From NCBI RefSeq assembly GCF_009834535.1, contig NC_045697.1, positions 96,040,001 through 96,104,000 on the forward strand: DNA of 64,000 nucleotides, given 5' to 3'. The notes below the pieces were generated by a model. It was not told the origin of the DNA and ran no database searches. It saw nothing but the letters and a program-made list of their open reading frames with translations. The DNA comes from Camelus ferus (taxonomy: Eukaryota). The position numbers were made by a program, and so were the translations under genes. Of the stretch, positions 40,601 to 54,794 are shown one piece after another. Positions within the stretch are counted from its first letter, which is position 1. Every line of letters starts with the position of its first letter.

Positions 40601-42479
40601 GTTCCTCATGGGAAAAAATGGGGACATATGTAATGTTAATACTCACTCAAGTTGAAATGACAACTCCACACTGTGGCAAGTGTAGGCTGGTGTATGGGCT
40701 AACTCTCGGAGATTTCTGGTCTGGGGTCACCTGTGTTCTCTCCTACTATGCCCGTCCGTGCCTTCACCAGAGTCTTTTCCTACCCAGACCTCAGTAGATG
40801 GTGGGCACTGAAACACACATTTCATGCAGTAGGTGCCCATAGCACCTTTAATGTTTTTGACCATAATGAACCTTAGTCAAGAAAGAAAACTCAGTTAAAC
40901 AATATATTGCTTAATGAAAGTAAAATCATTCAATCTGAGTATAAAATTCAAAAAATTCAGTAAATTAGGTATTTTTTAAAATTAAGCAGTCTATTAAAAT
41001 GTTTTATCAGTTCTAGTCAAAGTAACGTTATAGTTTCAACTATGTACATGACATACTGTCAAGATTATGGTTAATTTCCTTAAAGATACAATGATTAACT
41101 CATTAATAGCTGAATTTCGAATTTGATATTCAAAACTGATTCAAAACAATTATCATTAGCTATTTTTTAGCTTATGTATTTTAAACTGTTTGAAATGTTA
41201 TTTTAAATATCTGAATTTTTATATCAAAGTTGTGAACTTAAAATTATTATTTTAAAAATAGCAATGGAAAGAAACTAATCTCTGTATTAGTCAGACACAT
41301 GCTAATATTTAAAGGTATACAGCTGCATTTCTCTTGGTAAAAGAAGACAATTCAATCCTTAAATCTTCAGGTTGAAAACAGGACAGTAACTGTAAATCTT
41401 GTTGGCATGATTTCCCCATGCTCTGAAAAACACTTAAGCTTGTAGTTGAATAGCCAACACTCATTATCTATTACTCGTTTACTTTGAATCTTAGAGAATA
41501 CATCATTTTTTTCTTTTATTTCAGCCCCTCTAGTAGGTCAATATTACCAAGTATGAAGAAGATGACTACATTCATTATATTTATTAATAGCATACATATA
41601 TATATCATATCATTTATATATATGTTGTGAGTGTGTGTATATATACATATGTGTTACATATATAAAGTCTGTGAAAAGAACAATTCTTCTTTTAAAGGTA
41701 AGAATTCTTAAGTAAATGTTTTAGGATTATTAGTAACATGGATAGACTGTTTCTAGCATGGTTTAGTGTAGGCAAATGTATCTTTCTCTGCTCCTTAAAC
41801 AGATTAGTTTTGGGAATAGAAAGAGGGTACAATTTGTCTAACAGATCTTCACTATGCAAGGGGCTGTATATACTCCAGCCTCAATACATCAATGATTTCA
41901 CAGTAAAGTTTATTAATATCTTAGTGTCCCAGATGTCTTCTGATATATCTTAGCTCAAATACTAATATTTGTCTGGAAATTCAGGGAAGTAGCCTGAAAA
42001 AAATTAATTTTTGATAGCTCCATTTATTTTCTGTTGAATCTATTCATAATAATCTAATTGAAAGATGAGAGTAGGACTGAGGGAACAAAAGAAAGATGAA
42101 GGATTCTATATCTTGCTGACCAGGTTTGGCTGCCGATGACCTCTTATTCTTCCTCTGATTTCCCATTGTTCCACAAGAGCTTGTGCAGATCAGAACAAGA
42201 ATTCTCTAGCATCTGTCATGTAGCATTAATATTACCTCTTACTTCTTATGACATTGACCTACAAATAAATGACAGCTAAAAACTACACAGTTCAAGCTCA
42301 AACAGGTATTTTGAATGATGACAGTTTGAACATTAGGTACTTTACAATATTAAATCCTTACAAATCCTAGATCAGGAAACATTTTCTGGTATGGGATAAT
42401 AAAATAGATATTCTGAATATGTGAGTGATAATTGTAGACAAGGCTTATTTGAAGAATAGTCCTCAGAAAGTTTCTTTTC

Positions 42480-44600
42480 TAACCTTATATTAAATGTTCT
42501 CCTTTATCTTTTGTCATACGGTTTGTCTTGAAGTTTATTTTATTAATGTAGACACACTACCTTTCTTATGTTTAATGTTTGCATAGATTTTATTTTACTT
42601 TAAAAGTATTTGTATACTTATATTTAAAGTGCATATCTCTTAGTGAAAGGAATAATTGTTCCCGGCTTAAATTATTATTGTTATTTTAAAATTAGGTCTG
42701 ATGATATATACTTTTCAATTGAATTATATACTGTTAATTCTGTTTATCTGATGTTATTATAATGTAGTTGGACTAATATTTACCATTCTCCTACTATCTA
42801 CCTCTATATATATCATTTATCTGTCTATATTTATTCGCTTTTCTGTTTCTATTTATCTCCTTTCCATCATTCTCTTGGATTGAACAACTGTTTTCTTTTT
42901 AATATTCCACTTAAATTTCTTTGTGCTATCCAGTTCCATATCTAATTTGTTATTGCTCTTGGGATTATTCTGTGTATTTTTAATTTATTAGAATATAAAG
43001 TTAATCTTTCAGTGCTTTATGCAAAATGTAAGCACATTGCAACAATAGTTGTTCATTTATCTCAAATTTGTTGCACCATGGCCATATACTTTACATCTAT
43101 ATATTCTATAAACTTAACCATAAAATGTTATATTTTTTGCATTAAATTATCAGTTCTATAATTAAAGTAATTAATTAGAGAAGAAACACAAACTTAGTCT
43201 TTCTCATTTATCCAACCTATCAATCTAGTGTCTTGAGTCTGTCCTTTGATCAGTTCCATCTGGAGTCATATGCTTCTGTCTGAAAATTTCCCACAGCAGT
43301 TTTTGTGTTGCAGGCCTTTTGGTGACAAATTGTTTTCTTTACTTTTCTGAATATATTTTTGATTTATTTTCCTTTTTGAAGACATTTTGACTGGATATAG
43401 AATTTTTGTTTTTACTTGTTTGTTTGTCCAATATATACCCTAAAGACATTGGTTCACAGTGTGCCAGCATTTGTTTTTTTCTGATTCTCGAGAATTTCAC
43501 TATTATCTGTATCATTATTCTTCTATATTCAGTGTGTCATTATTTCTTTGGCTGCTTTCCAGATATTTATTTTTATCTCTCCTTTTAAGAGATTTAATTA
43601 TAATATGCCTAGGTGTGATTTTATTTTCATTTAGCCTGCTTTAGGATTTTGGAGTGACATAAATCTGTATATTTGTGTTTTCCTTCATGCTTTGGACATC
43701 TTTGTCTTTATTTCAATATGTATATATTTTTTCTCTTTCTCATATTTTTCTCTCCTCTCCTGGGACTGTAATTAAACATACATTAGACCTATTGGACATC
43801 CAATTTATTCGTTTTTTCAATCTGTTTTTCTCTCTGTAATCTATATTGGATAATTTCTATTAATCTATCTTCAAGATCACAGAACCTTTCTTTTGTCATC
43901 TTCAATATCCTGTTAGTCACATCCAGTAAATTTTAATTTCTTAAATCTTCAATTTTGTTGTTTTAAAATTTTTCTTTCCCTTTTTTTTTTTTTTTTACTT
44001 ATTAAGATTTTCTTTTTTTCGGGTATTTAAACATATTTACAATAGCTGCTTTAAACCCTCTGACTGCTAATTTCTATCTCTGGTTTTCTTAGGATCTATT
44101 TTTATTTATTTTCTATTGTCCATGAGTCGTAGTCATATGCCCTACTCCATCATATACCTAGTCATCTTTATGGTTTATTGGACACTTTTGGATGATATAT
44201 TGTTGACTCTTGGTTATTCTATTTTCACTGAAGAGAAATGATTTCTGTTCAAGCAGATGGTGAAACTTTTGGCTGCTCACCTTTAACTTGTATAAAGTTT
44301 TGAATTTAGGGCTTTAGAGTGGGCCTGTTTCACTTTTGCTCTTATCTTCCATAGAATCCATGGATCCGTAATGCAATCTCCACTTGTTAGGCAAAGTTCT
44401 TTTAAGGTTTCACTGGAAAGACTGATGTGGTTCCCAAGGCCCTCTATGTTGAAGATACTCAAACTGCTAAATATGTGCCTTGTATTAAGTAGCTATAAAT
44501 GTCTGTTCAACTTATTCATGCTTTGAGATGTGTTTTTTCACCAAGCTCCATGGCATCTTGTTCAGGGGTTAGCCAAGGATTTGATGGGAGATTAGGTTTG
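42480..44600 (-). mobile_element. ancient L1 5' half (ORF1 to ORF2 start), antisense
   Basis: T-rich text: tttgtcttgaagtttatttt, ttttgaagacattttgactggatatagaatt, tttctttggctgctttccagat, tctcctgggactgtaatta. Confidence 0.75.
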
Positions 44601-47600
44601 GATCTTTCATTAATTTTTTATGAACTAAGCTATTCAAAAGAAGGTTGATTAGACTTTAAAATGTGATTTTTAAGGATTTCTTTTGTAAGAATTTTAGGGA
44701 ATATTTTCCTTTATATGTCAAAAAAATATGTATTATATATATATATATACCCTGCAATACTTAACCTTTATATCCTTGTCTGAAACATTCATTATATTTG
44801 AAGAAAATTCTGTGGAAATCCAATTTCTTCTTATTTTTATAAAAATGACTGATAATAAATATAATTGCAAAGGTATATGGATATTTTGTATATATGTACT
44901 TTTCATAAATTCACTAAACTTAAAATATCAGTAAACTCTTTTAAAAACTTGTATATGTAAAATAATATATCTGTAAGAATAATCTTTTTGTTTTTCAGGT
45001 TCTTATTTTGATATCATACAGTTCCAACTAACGACCTTGGATTGTTTAAAGTAAAATGAAAATTGTTATTGATTGACCCCCAACATCCAAATGGCTATAC
45101 CCCAAGTATCCTTTCTTAATAGGGTCTTTGGAGCTCAGGTGTATTTTCCTATTAAAACACACACACAATGTTTATCATTCTTTAGTCCTAGACAAAACCA
45201 TATTTTTTTCCATCTGTAATTAGATATTAGTCCTAATAGTGCTATAAAAGTCCTGGGAAAGTCACATTTAACCTCTAAACTAGAGCACCTTGAATACCTT
45301 TCTGCAATACTGTTGGGAAGAAGGATCCCAGATTTATGATATTCGTGAGCATCCCTGTAATCTGGGTCGATCCTCTTTAAGAAGGGAGAAAAAATACTGC
45401 AGACTTGCATTGATCATAAATGCTATTAACTTCTTGCATGTCCCAGACTTCCTATTTTTCTTCAGATTCCATTAAATAATGTGTTCCTTTTCTGCTGTAT
45501 TAATCTGTTTATTCTCATAAAAGTTAATCTAATTTCTCATGGTTTTTTTTTTTTTTTTTTGCCTTTCTTCCTCTAAAGTACAAAACTCTTTTGAAGTTCT
45601 CTAAAGGCTATTATTTGTTATAAGATGGAGACAGGTAAAATAAAAAGAGACAAAAGATGAGAATGGAGCATTTGCTATAGAAATAATGGTATGTGAAATC
45701 CAAACCCTAGAAGTACTGAAAAGGAGAGGAATCTCTTTGATCTCCTGCTCTTGTGACTACAATTGTGTCAGGAAGTAATCTAACGGTGCCCACAGGTATC
45801 TTAGAATACACAAGTCAAGACTAATTCACTTTAATGTATTTAAATTATTTTACAACCTCCATTTGGTTATGTTCTGGCTTAAAGGTTCTGCAATAATTAC
45901 AGTTACAAAAAAATTGAAAAGCTACTGAATTTTTTAAGTCTCCAGACAAGATACATTTTATTTAAACAATTAACAAAAGCAAGATATGGTGAAAATAAGA
46001 AAATAAAGAGATCTACGTAATGGTAACAAAATGAAATCAGGAAACATATAAATAATAACAATAGTAATAATAATAAAGATAATTAGCAGAGCCAATGTAA
46101 ATTGGTACATTGTACATGAATCTTCCCTTCAAACTATGTGTGAATAGATAATAAAAAGCTGAAAAGTTAGGCAAATCACCAATTTCTAAAGGAGATTTAC
46201 CAGCTCATGAAATTACAACAAACTGACCAACCAAAGCCAATTAATAAAGTCTATTAAAATTTGTTTCAGGCAAATGATTTTAATGATTTTTATAAACTCA
46301 TGATACATATGTAATGTTTTCCCAGCCCCTAAATATGGAATGACTTCCAATGCTCTGTTTCTTACATTCAGACATCATTTCTAGTTGTATGAACTTGCAT
46401 TTATAAACTGTTCTTTGAGAAGTCTGTTAGTCATAAATATTTATTTCCTTTATTATCTTTTCTTTAAAAAATACTTAACATCTATAGCATTGGATTTTTT
46501 ATATTTTATAGACTTGAGCCAATGAGAAATTAAATATCATTCAAATTATATTATAGTATGTATTTACTTATCAACTTGGTTCTTTAAAGCACAAAATAAT
46601 GAAACTATTTTTTAGATATAATTTCCTAATGTACACAGTTTTTATTATTTCTCCCTGGAGTTCTGGATATTTAACATATCAATTAATAGATATCTATAGA
46701 TGAATAACTCAAATCATAGAAAGAAGAAGATTCCCTGAATTACTGATTGAATACATTTTCTATGTATTCTCCTGAAAGCTGCTATGAACTTTTCCATTTT
46801 GGTTGCTACTCCTCTTCACACTCATTTCTGGGAATCCCTCATATGCCCTTTTTTCCTCTTGGGGGTTGATTAAAATACAGTCAATGGAAGGCATAGTTGA
46901 ACTTCATTAAACCATGATTGATCAATAATTCTCTTTTTCTATAGTATAATCTATTTAAAACAGATATATGAGTTTGGTTTTTGGTGTGTCCAGTTCTTTA
47001 TACGAACTAAATACTTAAACTTTAATTAATTGCAGTGCTCCTCCCCTGCAAATAAATATTTTGAATAAAAACTAAGGTCATGATTAGAATAATGAAGGCA
47101 GTAGCTATCATATAAAATTTAATTTCAGTTTAGGTAATAAAAAGGATATATAGTAATAAATTTATCTTCTGGGTTTTTAATAAAGAATTATTTTTCCACA
47201 CTACCAGCATTCCCCACTATTTATTAGACTATTTTAAATTCATAATCTATAAAACATAATCACCTAGCTTCCTTACATGAAGAGTTTTGTGAAAATCAGA
47301 ATTGTAGAATCTATATGATTAGTTTATTAGCCAACCTTTTCATATTATATAAAACTGTTCTCTTTACTGTGTCTTTACCTGAATTCTCTTATTTTTTTAG
47401 ACTGTGGGATTTTTAATTCCATAATCACATTTCACTGACACTTTTTAAATTGATTTATAAATCTGATTATTAATGTGCTTTTTAAAAACACAAGAAAAAA
47501 TTTTCCTCATGATTATTGTTACAAGACTAATAGTAATCAAAGAATGGAGTTAATGACATTACTTCAATGACTCAGAAATAATCATTTGAAATATCATGCA

Positions 47601-48293
47601 TTCAGTTTTTAAAAACTGACTAAAAGATAAAGCTCACTATTTTTGCCGATGTTTTTAAAAATGATACTTTAATGGGAACATTTTAGTTTATTCATTTATA
47701 AACTAACACTACACAATTAAGTAACAGTTTGTTGAAAATAAGTTTTGTGAAAGCTTTGAGATATATACATTTGAAAAATATTACCTCAGTCACAATTTTA
47801 ATTCAACTAAATCAAATTAACAATTATATTTAAATTATGACTCAGTGATCTATTTTATAACTTTCAATTATACTTCCCTTTGATAAATCAGTTACTGTTG
47901 TATAGTAACAAAGTTTCATTATCAAATAAACACATTTAGAATATCTATGGATAGGGAGCTGCAATGCTAGAATAAAGAAAATAAAGCATAACTAAAATTT
48001 GTTTCCTGAAAGGAAATTTCCAAAATCTAAAGTTTATCACTACCTTCTCCTTTCTCCATTTAGTAATAAGACCATTTACTGACTTTCATCAGTATTTTAG
48101 TGTCATTTTGCTTTTGCATTTCCTACATTTGTCATAATTATTATTAATGTTTATAAATTTCGTACTTGCTCATTGTATAATCAGAAGAGTTTTACTATTA
48201 ATCATTAAATAATTTGAAAATTAGTCATCTTATGATGTTTATATTTCAAAAAATTGTATTTCATTATAAAAGTGATATAAAAATCTAATGGTT

Positions 48294-49475
48294 CCCTGGA
48301 ATAAATCCCATTTTATATCTGTCTCAGCAATATTTTTTTGGATCTGTCTTCTTAGGCAAGGGCAACAAAAGCAAAACTGAACAGATGGGACTACAGCAAA
48401 TTAAAAAACTTTTGCACAGGGAAGGAAACCATCAAGAAAACAAAAAGGCAGCCTACTGAATGAGGGAAGATATTTGCAAATGAGATATCTAACAATGGTT
48501 AATACCCAAAGTATATAAAGAACTTACACAACTCAACATAAAAAAAAATCTGATTAAAAAATGAGCAGAGGACGTGAATAGATATTTTTCTAAGGAAGAT
48601 TTACAGATGGCCAATAGACACATGAAAAGACGCTCCGTATCACTGATCACCAGTGAAATGCAAATCAAAAACACAGGGAGGTATTACCTCACATCTGTCA
48701 GAATGGCAATTATCAAAAAGACAACAAATAACAAGGTTCAGCTGGATGTGGAGAAAAGGGAACCCTCCTGCACTGTTGCTGGGAACGTAAATTGGTGCTG
48801 CTGCTATGGAAAACAGTATGGAGGTTCTTCAAAAACTAAAAAGTAGAACTACTATGTGATCCAGTAATTCCACTTTTGCGTATTTTTCTGAAGAAAATAA
48901 AAACACTAATTTAAGAAGATACATGTAGCCCTATGTTCACTGTAGCATTGTTTACAATAGCCAATATATGGACACAACCTAAGTGTTCATTGATAGATGA
49001 ATGGATAAAGAAGATGTGGTATATATACACAATAGAATATTATTCAGCCTTAAAAAGAAGAAATCTTGTCATCTGTGACAACAAAGATGGTCCAAGAGAA
49101 CATTATGCTAAGTAAAATAAGTCAGAAAAAGACAAATACCATATGATTTCACTTATATGTGGAATCTAAAAAAACAAAACAGAAATAGACTCACAGACAC
49201 AGAGAAAAAAACTGGTGGTAGCCAGAGAGGATGAGGGTGGGAGTGATGAGCAAAACAGGTAAAGGAGAGTAAGAGGTAAAAACTTCCTGTTATAAAATCA
49301 ATAATTCATAGGGATATAATGTACACTGCAGGGAATATAGTTGATAAAATTGCAGTAACTTTGGTGACAGACGGTTACTTCATGGTGATCAATTTGTAGT
49401 ATATATAAATGTTGAATCACTACATCATATACCTGAAACTAATATATAGTTATGTTCATTATACTTCAATTAAAA
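48294..49475 (+). mobile_element. 5'-truncated L1 (ORF2 C-terminus, 3' UTR, polyA) with TSD
   Basis: ORF-track peptides [19 protein letters not shown].. and MFTVALFTIANIWTQPKC..DEWIKKMWYIYTIEYYSA are L1 ORF2p. TSD aaaaatctaatggtt (48279-48293) vs aaaagtctaatgctt (49476-49490). Confidence 0.95.
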
Positions 49476-50034
49476 AAAAGTCTAATGCTTTACAATAATT
49501 TTCTTTCTTGGTTATCCAAACTGAAGCATCTGTAACTAATATAGAATCAATCATAGCAAAATGTGTAAAGAGAATAATTTCTTGGGCTTTTTAATGTATA
49601 GATTTGTGAATTCCAGAATGTAGTTACAGGTAAGAGTGACTGTCTGTGTCTTAAACTGCTAATATTTATAGGTACAGCTGCAGGATAACAAATATAACTA
49701 GCACTAACTGGAGCACTTGAAATAAACAGCCTATCTGAGTGGATTAATTACTGTGGTTCTCTCTATAAGGCATTGTTCAGTAATCCTATTTCTTGAGTAT
49801 TATGTGACAATCAGTGAAAATATAAATTATGTATGATACACAGTGTGGATTATACATCGTACGTACTTACACACACACTGTGTGTGTGCAAATACATAAT
49901 GTGTGTACCTAGGGAGATATAAGAAACTGTGAAAGATTTCATGCAGGACCCCCCACACTCCAGGCTAGATAATTGTAACTTGGATTTGTCTATTACACTT
50001 TTCCTCTTTTTGAATTCATTTGCTGTTTAGTTAT

Positions 50035-50393
50035 TGCTTATAGACTGAGTATTTGAGTTTCCCAAAATTCATAGGTTGAGAATTATCCCCATTGTGATGT
50101 TATTTGGAGATGGGTTTGGGGGGAGTTGATTAGGTCATAAGAGCAGGGCCCTCATGAATGGGATTAGTACCCTTATAAAAAAGTCTGCAGGGATTTCCCT
50201 CCCTGCTTCTGCCATGCGAGGACACAGCCAAAAGACAGCTATCTATTAACCAGGAATCAGGCTCTCATCAGACAACAAATCTATCCGTGTCTTGATCTTG
50301 GACTTCCCAGTCTTCATAATTGTGAGCATTACATTTCTGTTGTCTATAAGCCACTACATCTATTTCATTAGAGCAGCCCCGATGGTCTAAGAC
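50035..50393 (+). mobile_element. MaLR solo LTR (MLT1A-like)
   Basis: ccaaaattcataggttga...gggccctcatgaatgggattagtacccttataaaa...cttgatcttggacttcccag...gcagccccgatggtctaagac. Confidence 0.9.
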
Positions 50394-50549
50394 TGTTATG
50401 ATTAAGATCAAAATGAAAACAGGCAGCTGAAATTTTCCTTTTGAACCTGTTCCTTATGTGCACATTTTGTTTGTTTTTACCCCTAAATAAATTTCAGACT
50501 CAGCTCCAAAGAGAAAATTATTCTTATTGGGTTGTTCATCAATGCTCAA

Positions 50550-51033
50550 ACTCTTCTAAATATAGCTGTTTCTTGCTTCTTCCTCCACGTCCACTTTCCT
50601 ACCTTGCCAGCCCTGCTCTTGACCCAAGACAGCCACACATGCGGGCTATGTCTGCAGGACTCTCAGGCCCTCTGGCTTCTGGTTGAGCTGCATCAATGGT
50701 GAGCTTCAAGAGGAACACTGAAGGATGAAGGAGAGATAGGTCAGGAAAACTAGCCTCAGGATCCCTCCCAAGAGAGTCAACACCAGCTGGCTGTATTCCT
50801 TGAATACAGATGACAAATCTTCAAAGCCATTTCTTTCCTATGTATCCATAACCCCACCCTCCCTTCATTTTTTTCCATTTCTGTTAGTGCTGGAATCTGC
50901 ACTGACATTTAAGATTCCACTCCACCTCACTAACATCTTTATAAGGAATCCCCATATTAAAAAGAAAAAAAAAACTTCAGATTACCTTAATTTGCATATA
51001 TCATACGCCTCCAGCTGGGACTCTGACTGATAT
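50550..51033 (-). mobile_element. ERVL solo LTR (LTR33-like)
   Basis: The minus strand starts tatcagtcagagtcccagctgga...atgcaaattaaggtaatctgaag, with internal gccctctggcttctggttg. Confidence 0.65.
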
Positions 51034-52109
51034 GTTTTCAGTGTCATAGAACACATCTTTCATACAGCATGTCCTCGAAGGTACGTCAATATCCTTGAAA
51101 TCTAAGACAATTTTAATTGTCCCCTAATAACTTTGTCCAAGACACTACCTGATAAGGTGTTAACATTCACTAAGATATTGAGTAATTTCAGTTCTCAGGA
51201 GAAGCCACAGGACAAATTACAGAATGCTGTCAAAATAATTTGGGTTTATCACTTATAAACAAAGCATTTTTCAAGAAGTAATTTCAAAATTAATAATTTG
51301 ATTTATGCCACAGGAATACTTAATTGAATGTTAGAATATGGTCAACTGTTCCATCCAACTCCAAATAAATACATCATCTAACTCCACATAATTACATTTA
51401 AAAAATAAATTTAACCAGTTAAAATACTTTTATTAATTACTATGCTCCCTATATTCAGACAAATAGAGAGGTTGCACTATTTTAATTTCTATTTCACTGC
51501 TATTTGTACGTAAGATTAAATTTAGATATTATCTTCAAAATAGACAATGGCAGAATACAGAAAGTAGGAAAATCAAGTTTAAATTGCATTTTGTTTCATC
51601 TTCATACTATGCTACAGTCATCATGGAATTGAATTAATAAAACCTGGACTTAAAATTAAATCAAGCATAAAAAATATTATTTTAGTTGAAATTGGAGTGC
51701 ATTATTTACTTTACTCTCACTGGGTTATGTTTTCCAAACTGGGACCTATTTTACTAATTTATCAATTTCTTTTCCCCAAATCCATACTGTTAATCACTCA
51801 GTTTGTAGAGTGTAGGCTTACTGGGTCTGGGGCATTTGGCTCAGTTTCGTTGGTATAATGAGGCCAAGTATCTATGCCCAGTCCCAATAGGAGCCACTTA
51901 GTTTCACACAGAAACAATAACTACATAATGTATGTTAATTTCAATACTAACTGAAAAAAAATCAATTTATTCATATATGAGCTTACCTTTATCTTTGCTT
52001 GAGAATCTAGTCTCTATTCCAATAATAGTAATAAAATAATTTTAGTTTACCATTTTCCTGAATACAGCACTTTATCTTAAGCTCTCTCAAGTAGAGGTTG
52101 CTCATTTCC

Positions 52110-52219
52110 TTTCTTTTTTTTAATACTTTTTTAAAAAATGGAAGTACTGGGGATTGAATCCTGAATATCATGCATACTAAAAGGGTGCTGAGCTATTACC
52201 GTCTTTGCACCCCTCTCCC
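52110..52219 (-). mobile_element. tRNA-derived short SINE (camelid Vic-1-like) with TSD
   Basis: On the minus strand: A-box-like tagctcag, B-box-like ggattcaatccccagtac and an A-rich tail. Flanked by ggttgctcatttcc and ggtggctcattttcc. Confidence 0.7.
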
Positions 52220-52399
52220 TGGGGTGGCTCATTTTCCACATTCCACAAAATTGGGTGTCAGGAAGTATTGTAAGCATCCTCTTTGATCCCTGCTGCCATG
52301 ATGTTCTTTCTAATGTCATGACCTCTTCACTTCTCTTCACTTACGTAAATGAATCTGTGAATTGAGGTTCATGGCAGCATGCTGCGCCCCATGTTCTCC

Positions 52400-52820
52400 T
52401 CAGATTTATTTTACCTTTTATTTGAAATACCTTAAACTTACACTACATTTGAAAAAATATTAAAGAGAAAACTCTACAAATTTCATTCATATTCTATCTA
52501 TGTATTTTACCAAAACATATGTGCATAAACATGCACATACACACATGTATGTGTAAGTTGTAAATGAGTTGCTAATTTACATTTGATTAATTGCCTATAT
52601 AATTGTGTGTTTTTTGAAAGGACATTATCTTAAATAATCACCATTTAATAATACATATCACAAAAATTAACCTTCATAAAATACTATTTATATAATATTA
52701 TAGATTTATTTGACTTTTATCAGTTGTCCTGCTAATGCTATTTTTATCTGCTCCAGAATCACATGATGTCATCATTTGTCATTGTTCTTTAGACTTCTTT
52801 AAGAAGATAAAGTTTCTCAA
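52400..52820 (-). mobile_element. L1MC/ME-like 3' fragment
   Basis: cttttatttgaaataccttaaacttac...ggacattatcttaaataatcacc...cagttgtcctgctaatg. Confidence 0.6.
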
Positions 52821-53134
52821 TCTTTATTTTTTTTATACTGAGATCCCTTTCATTCTTTCTCATTAAATCAGTGAGTACTGGGTTTATGTCTGCTTTTTCC
52901 ACACTGGCATCAAGCTGAGAAACTTGAACATGACTAGACATCATCTCTCGTGCTATTAATCTTCCTCAGTTCACCCTCAGTTAGCATGACTACATCATGG
53001 ACCTAGTCAGCATCCAGAGGGTTCCCATTAGTAAAATATGAATGCTGTTATTCCATTCCTACACAGCATTATTTTTGCCTATACATACAGGAGATACCAG
53101 GCATATTCAAGAGCTTGACTGCAAAAATGACATT

Positions 53135-53270
53135 CAAGAGATCAGGATTTCACAGCTAGCTTGTTCCACAAACCTTACAACATAATTTTCAATTTCTCTG
53201 AGCCTCATTTTTATTATCTTTCAACTGCAATGATAGAGTGAAATAATCTGATGTTCTTTCTAAATCCAAA
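53135..53270 (+). mobile_element. MIR3-like fragment
   Basis: aatttctctgagcctcatttt...gatgttctttctaaatccaaa. Confidence 0.5.
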
Positions 53271-53906
53271 TTTGCCTATAATTTCCTTATAATTTTCCCA
53301 CAGGGCTCTCTTAAATATTGATTCACTTAAGGGGTTATTTACAGAATGTTAGCTATCATTTCTAATTGTGAGTCCTGACCTCACAATTAGGTCTTACATA
53401 GGAACATGCTTTGAAATGGGTCATTTGCTGATATAGGAACAGTCCACAGTTCCTTTGCTATTATAGCTACAAAGCAGGGACTATTCTGCTTTTTAGTCAC
53501 TGAGGTGTATAGAGAAGGGACAGAAAAAATTGTAAACCAAAATAGGAGAAGCCACCTTCTCAGGATAAAAAGGAAAGAAAGAAGGAAAAAGAAACAGCCT
53601 GAAGGTATAAGGCAAATGAAACACAAAATCTGATTTATTTTGTTTGGTGTTTTACCTTTAAGAACACATCAACTCCATGAAGATCTATAGACTGTCTGGA
53701 ATCACTTCTTTTTTTCTTTTCTTTGAATACCTACCTCCAAGTCTTCTTATTTTGAAAGGCAGATTCCTCACCCCTAACTGGTCCTTCACCCTGCCTCTTC
53801 CTCCTCATAGGTCTGCTCTATCTCCACAGAGCTCCCAAACACACTCCCTACCCCATCTTAGAACATGTGCTTCCAATTCAAGGAAAAAGAAAACTAAAGC
53901 AAAAAT

Positions 53907-53929
53907 ACACACACACACACACACACACA
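53907..53929. repeat. (CA)11 microsatellite
   Basis: Direct reading. Confidence 0.93.
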
Positions 53930-54763
53930 TATATAAACCCTCCAATACAAATAAGAATCACTCCACACATAAGAGAACATGGTAACTGCCTAACTCATGC
54001 TGCGTGAGGTACAGAAATGAAAATGCCACCTGGTAATTCCTTAGATAACATGAGTCCTTCCTGGAACGTATTTATTACACAGTAAAAAGAGTAGGATGTT
54101 TCTTTATGAAATATTTTTCTTGGGAATTCAAAATGTAAGCTCCTACCACTGACAAGGTGGCATTTTTAGATTAAGCCGTAGGGAATCCAGCATGATTTAC
54201 AAATACAACAGTCCAAGAATAACAGCCTTCCTGCCATTCGTGATTGGCATCATTATTACAGACTCTATTATAATCTTATCTCTCTGCCCAACAAAGCTAT
54301 TCATTCAGCAACTAAGCACACGTCAAAGACAAGGCAGAGTCTACTTATTTGCAGGAAAAAAATGCTTTTGAAAAACATAGTCTCATTGCTCAGGCAGAAA
54401 CCAGGACTGTACATGACACGGTGCAAAGGGCTCATGATAGAAGGCGGCAGGAAATGAAGTTGAAACAGAAATACCAGCTGAGAAGGTGTTTAATCTTCAA
54501 GGTGTGAGGTATTACATTCTAGCACTCTGTCTGATTGATACCAGGCATGAAGGGAAAAAATGATCTAAAACATATGGAGGAAAGTACGCTTAGGTCCCTT
54601 TGATGTCTGTGTTGGCAAGGCACTTCAGCTTTCACACCCAGTCTTTAATAAAACAGCTGGAGCTTCTGGTTTGTAAATAAAGGAAGTTGTTGAGTAGGCC
54701 GGTCACAGACACAGAAATGCAACTTCACTTTAATGGGTACCTGAAACTATTTATCTCAATATT

Positions 54764-54794
54764 CACACACACACACACACATACACACACACAC
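54764..54794. repeat. interrupted (CA)n microsatellite
   Basis: Direct reading. Confidence 0.92.

Noticed and set aside
41525..41697. Acceptor/donor pair as an exon
   Set aside because: The interior is AT-rich simple repeat with stops, and such pairs are expected by chance in 64 kb.
25400..44600. Two oppositely oriented old L1 5' regions as a large inverted repeat
   Set aside because: Both are highly diverged, share no identity I can see beyond family motifs, and are probably independent insertions.
48574..49115. L1 ORF2 ORFs as functional CDS
   Set aside because: A 5'-truncated copy with frameshifts and stops.
49869..49888. (CA)n-(TG)n fold-back
   Set aside because: Low-complexity microsatellite palindrome, which is common.
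52110..52219. tRNA gene
   Set aside because: The A-rich tail, TSD and lack of a cloverleaf indicate a SINE.
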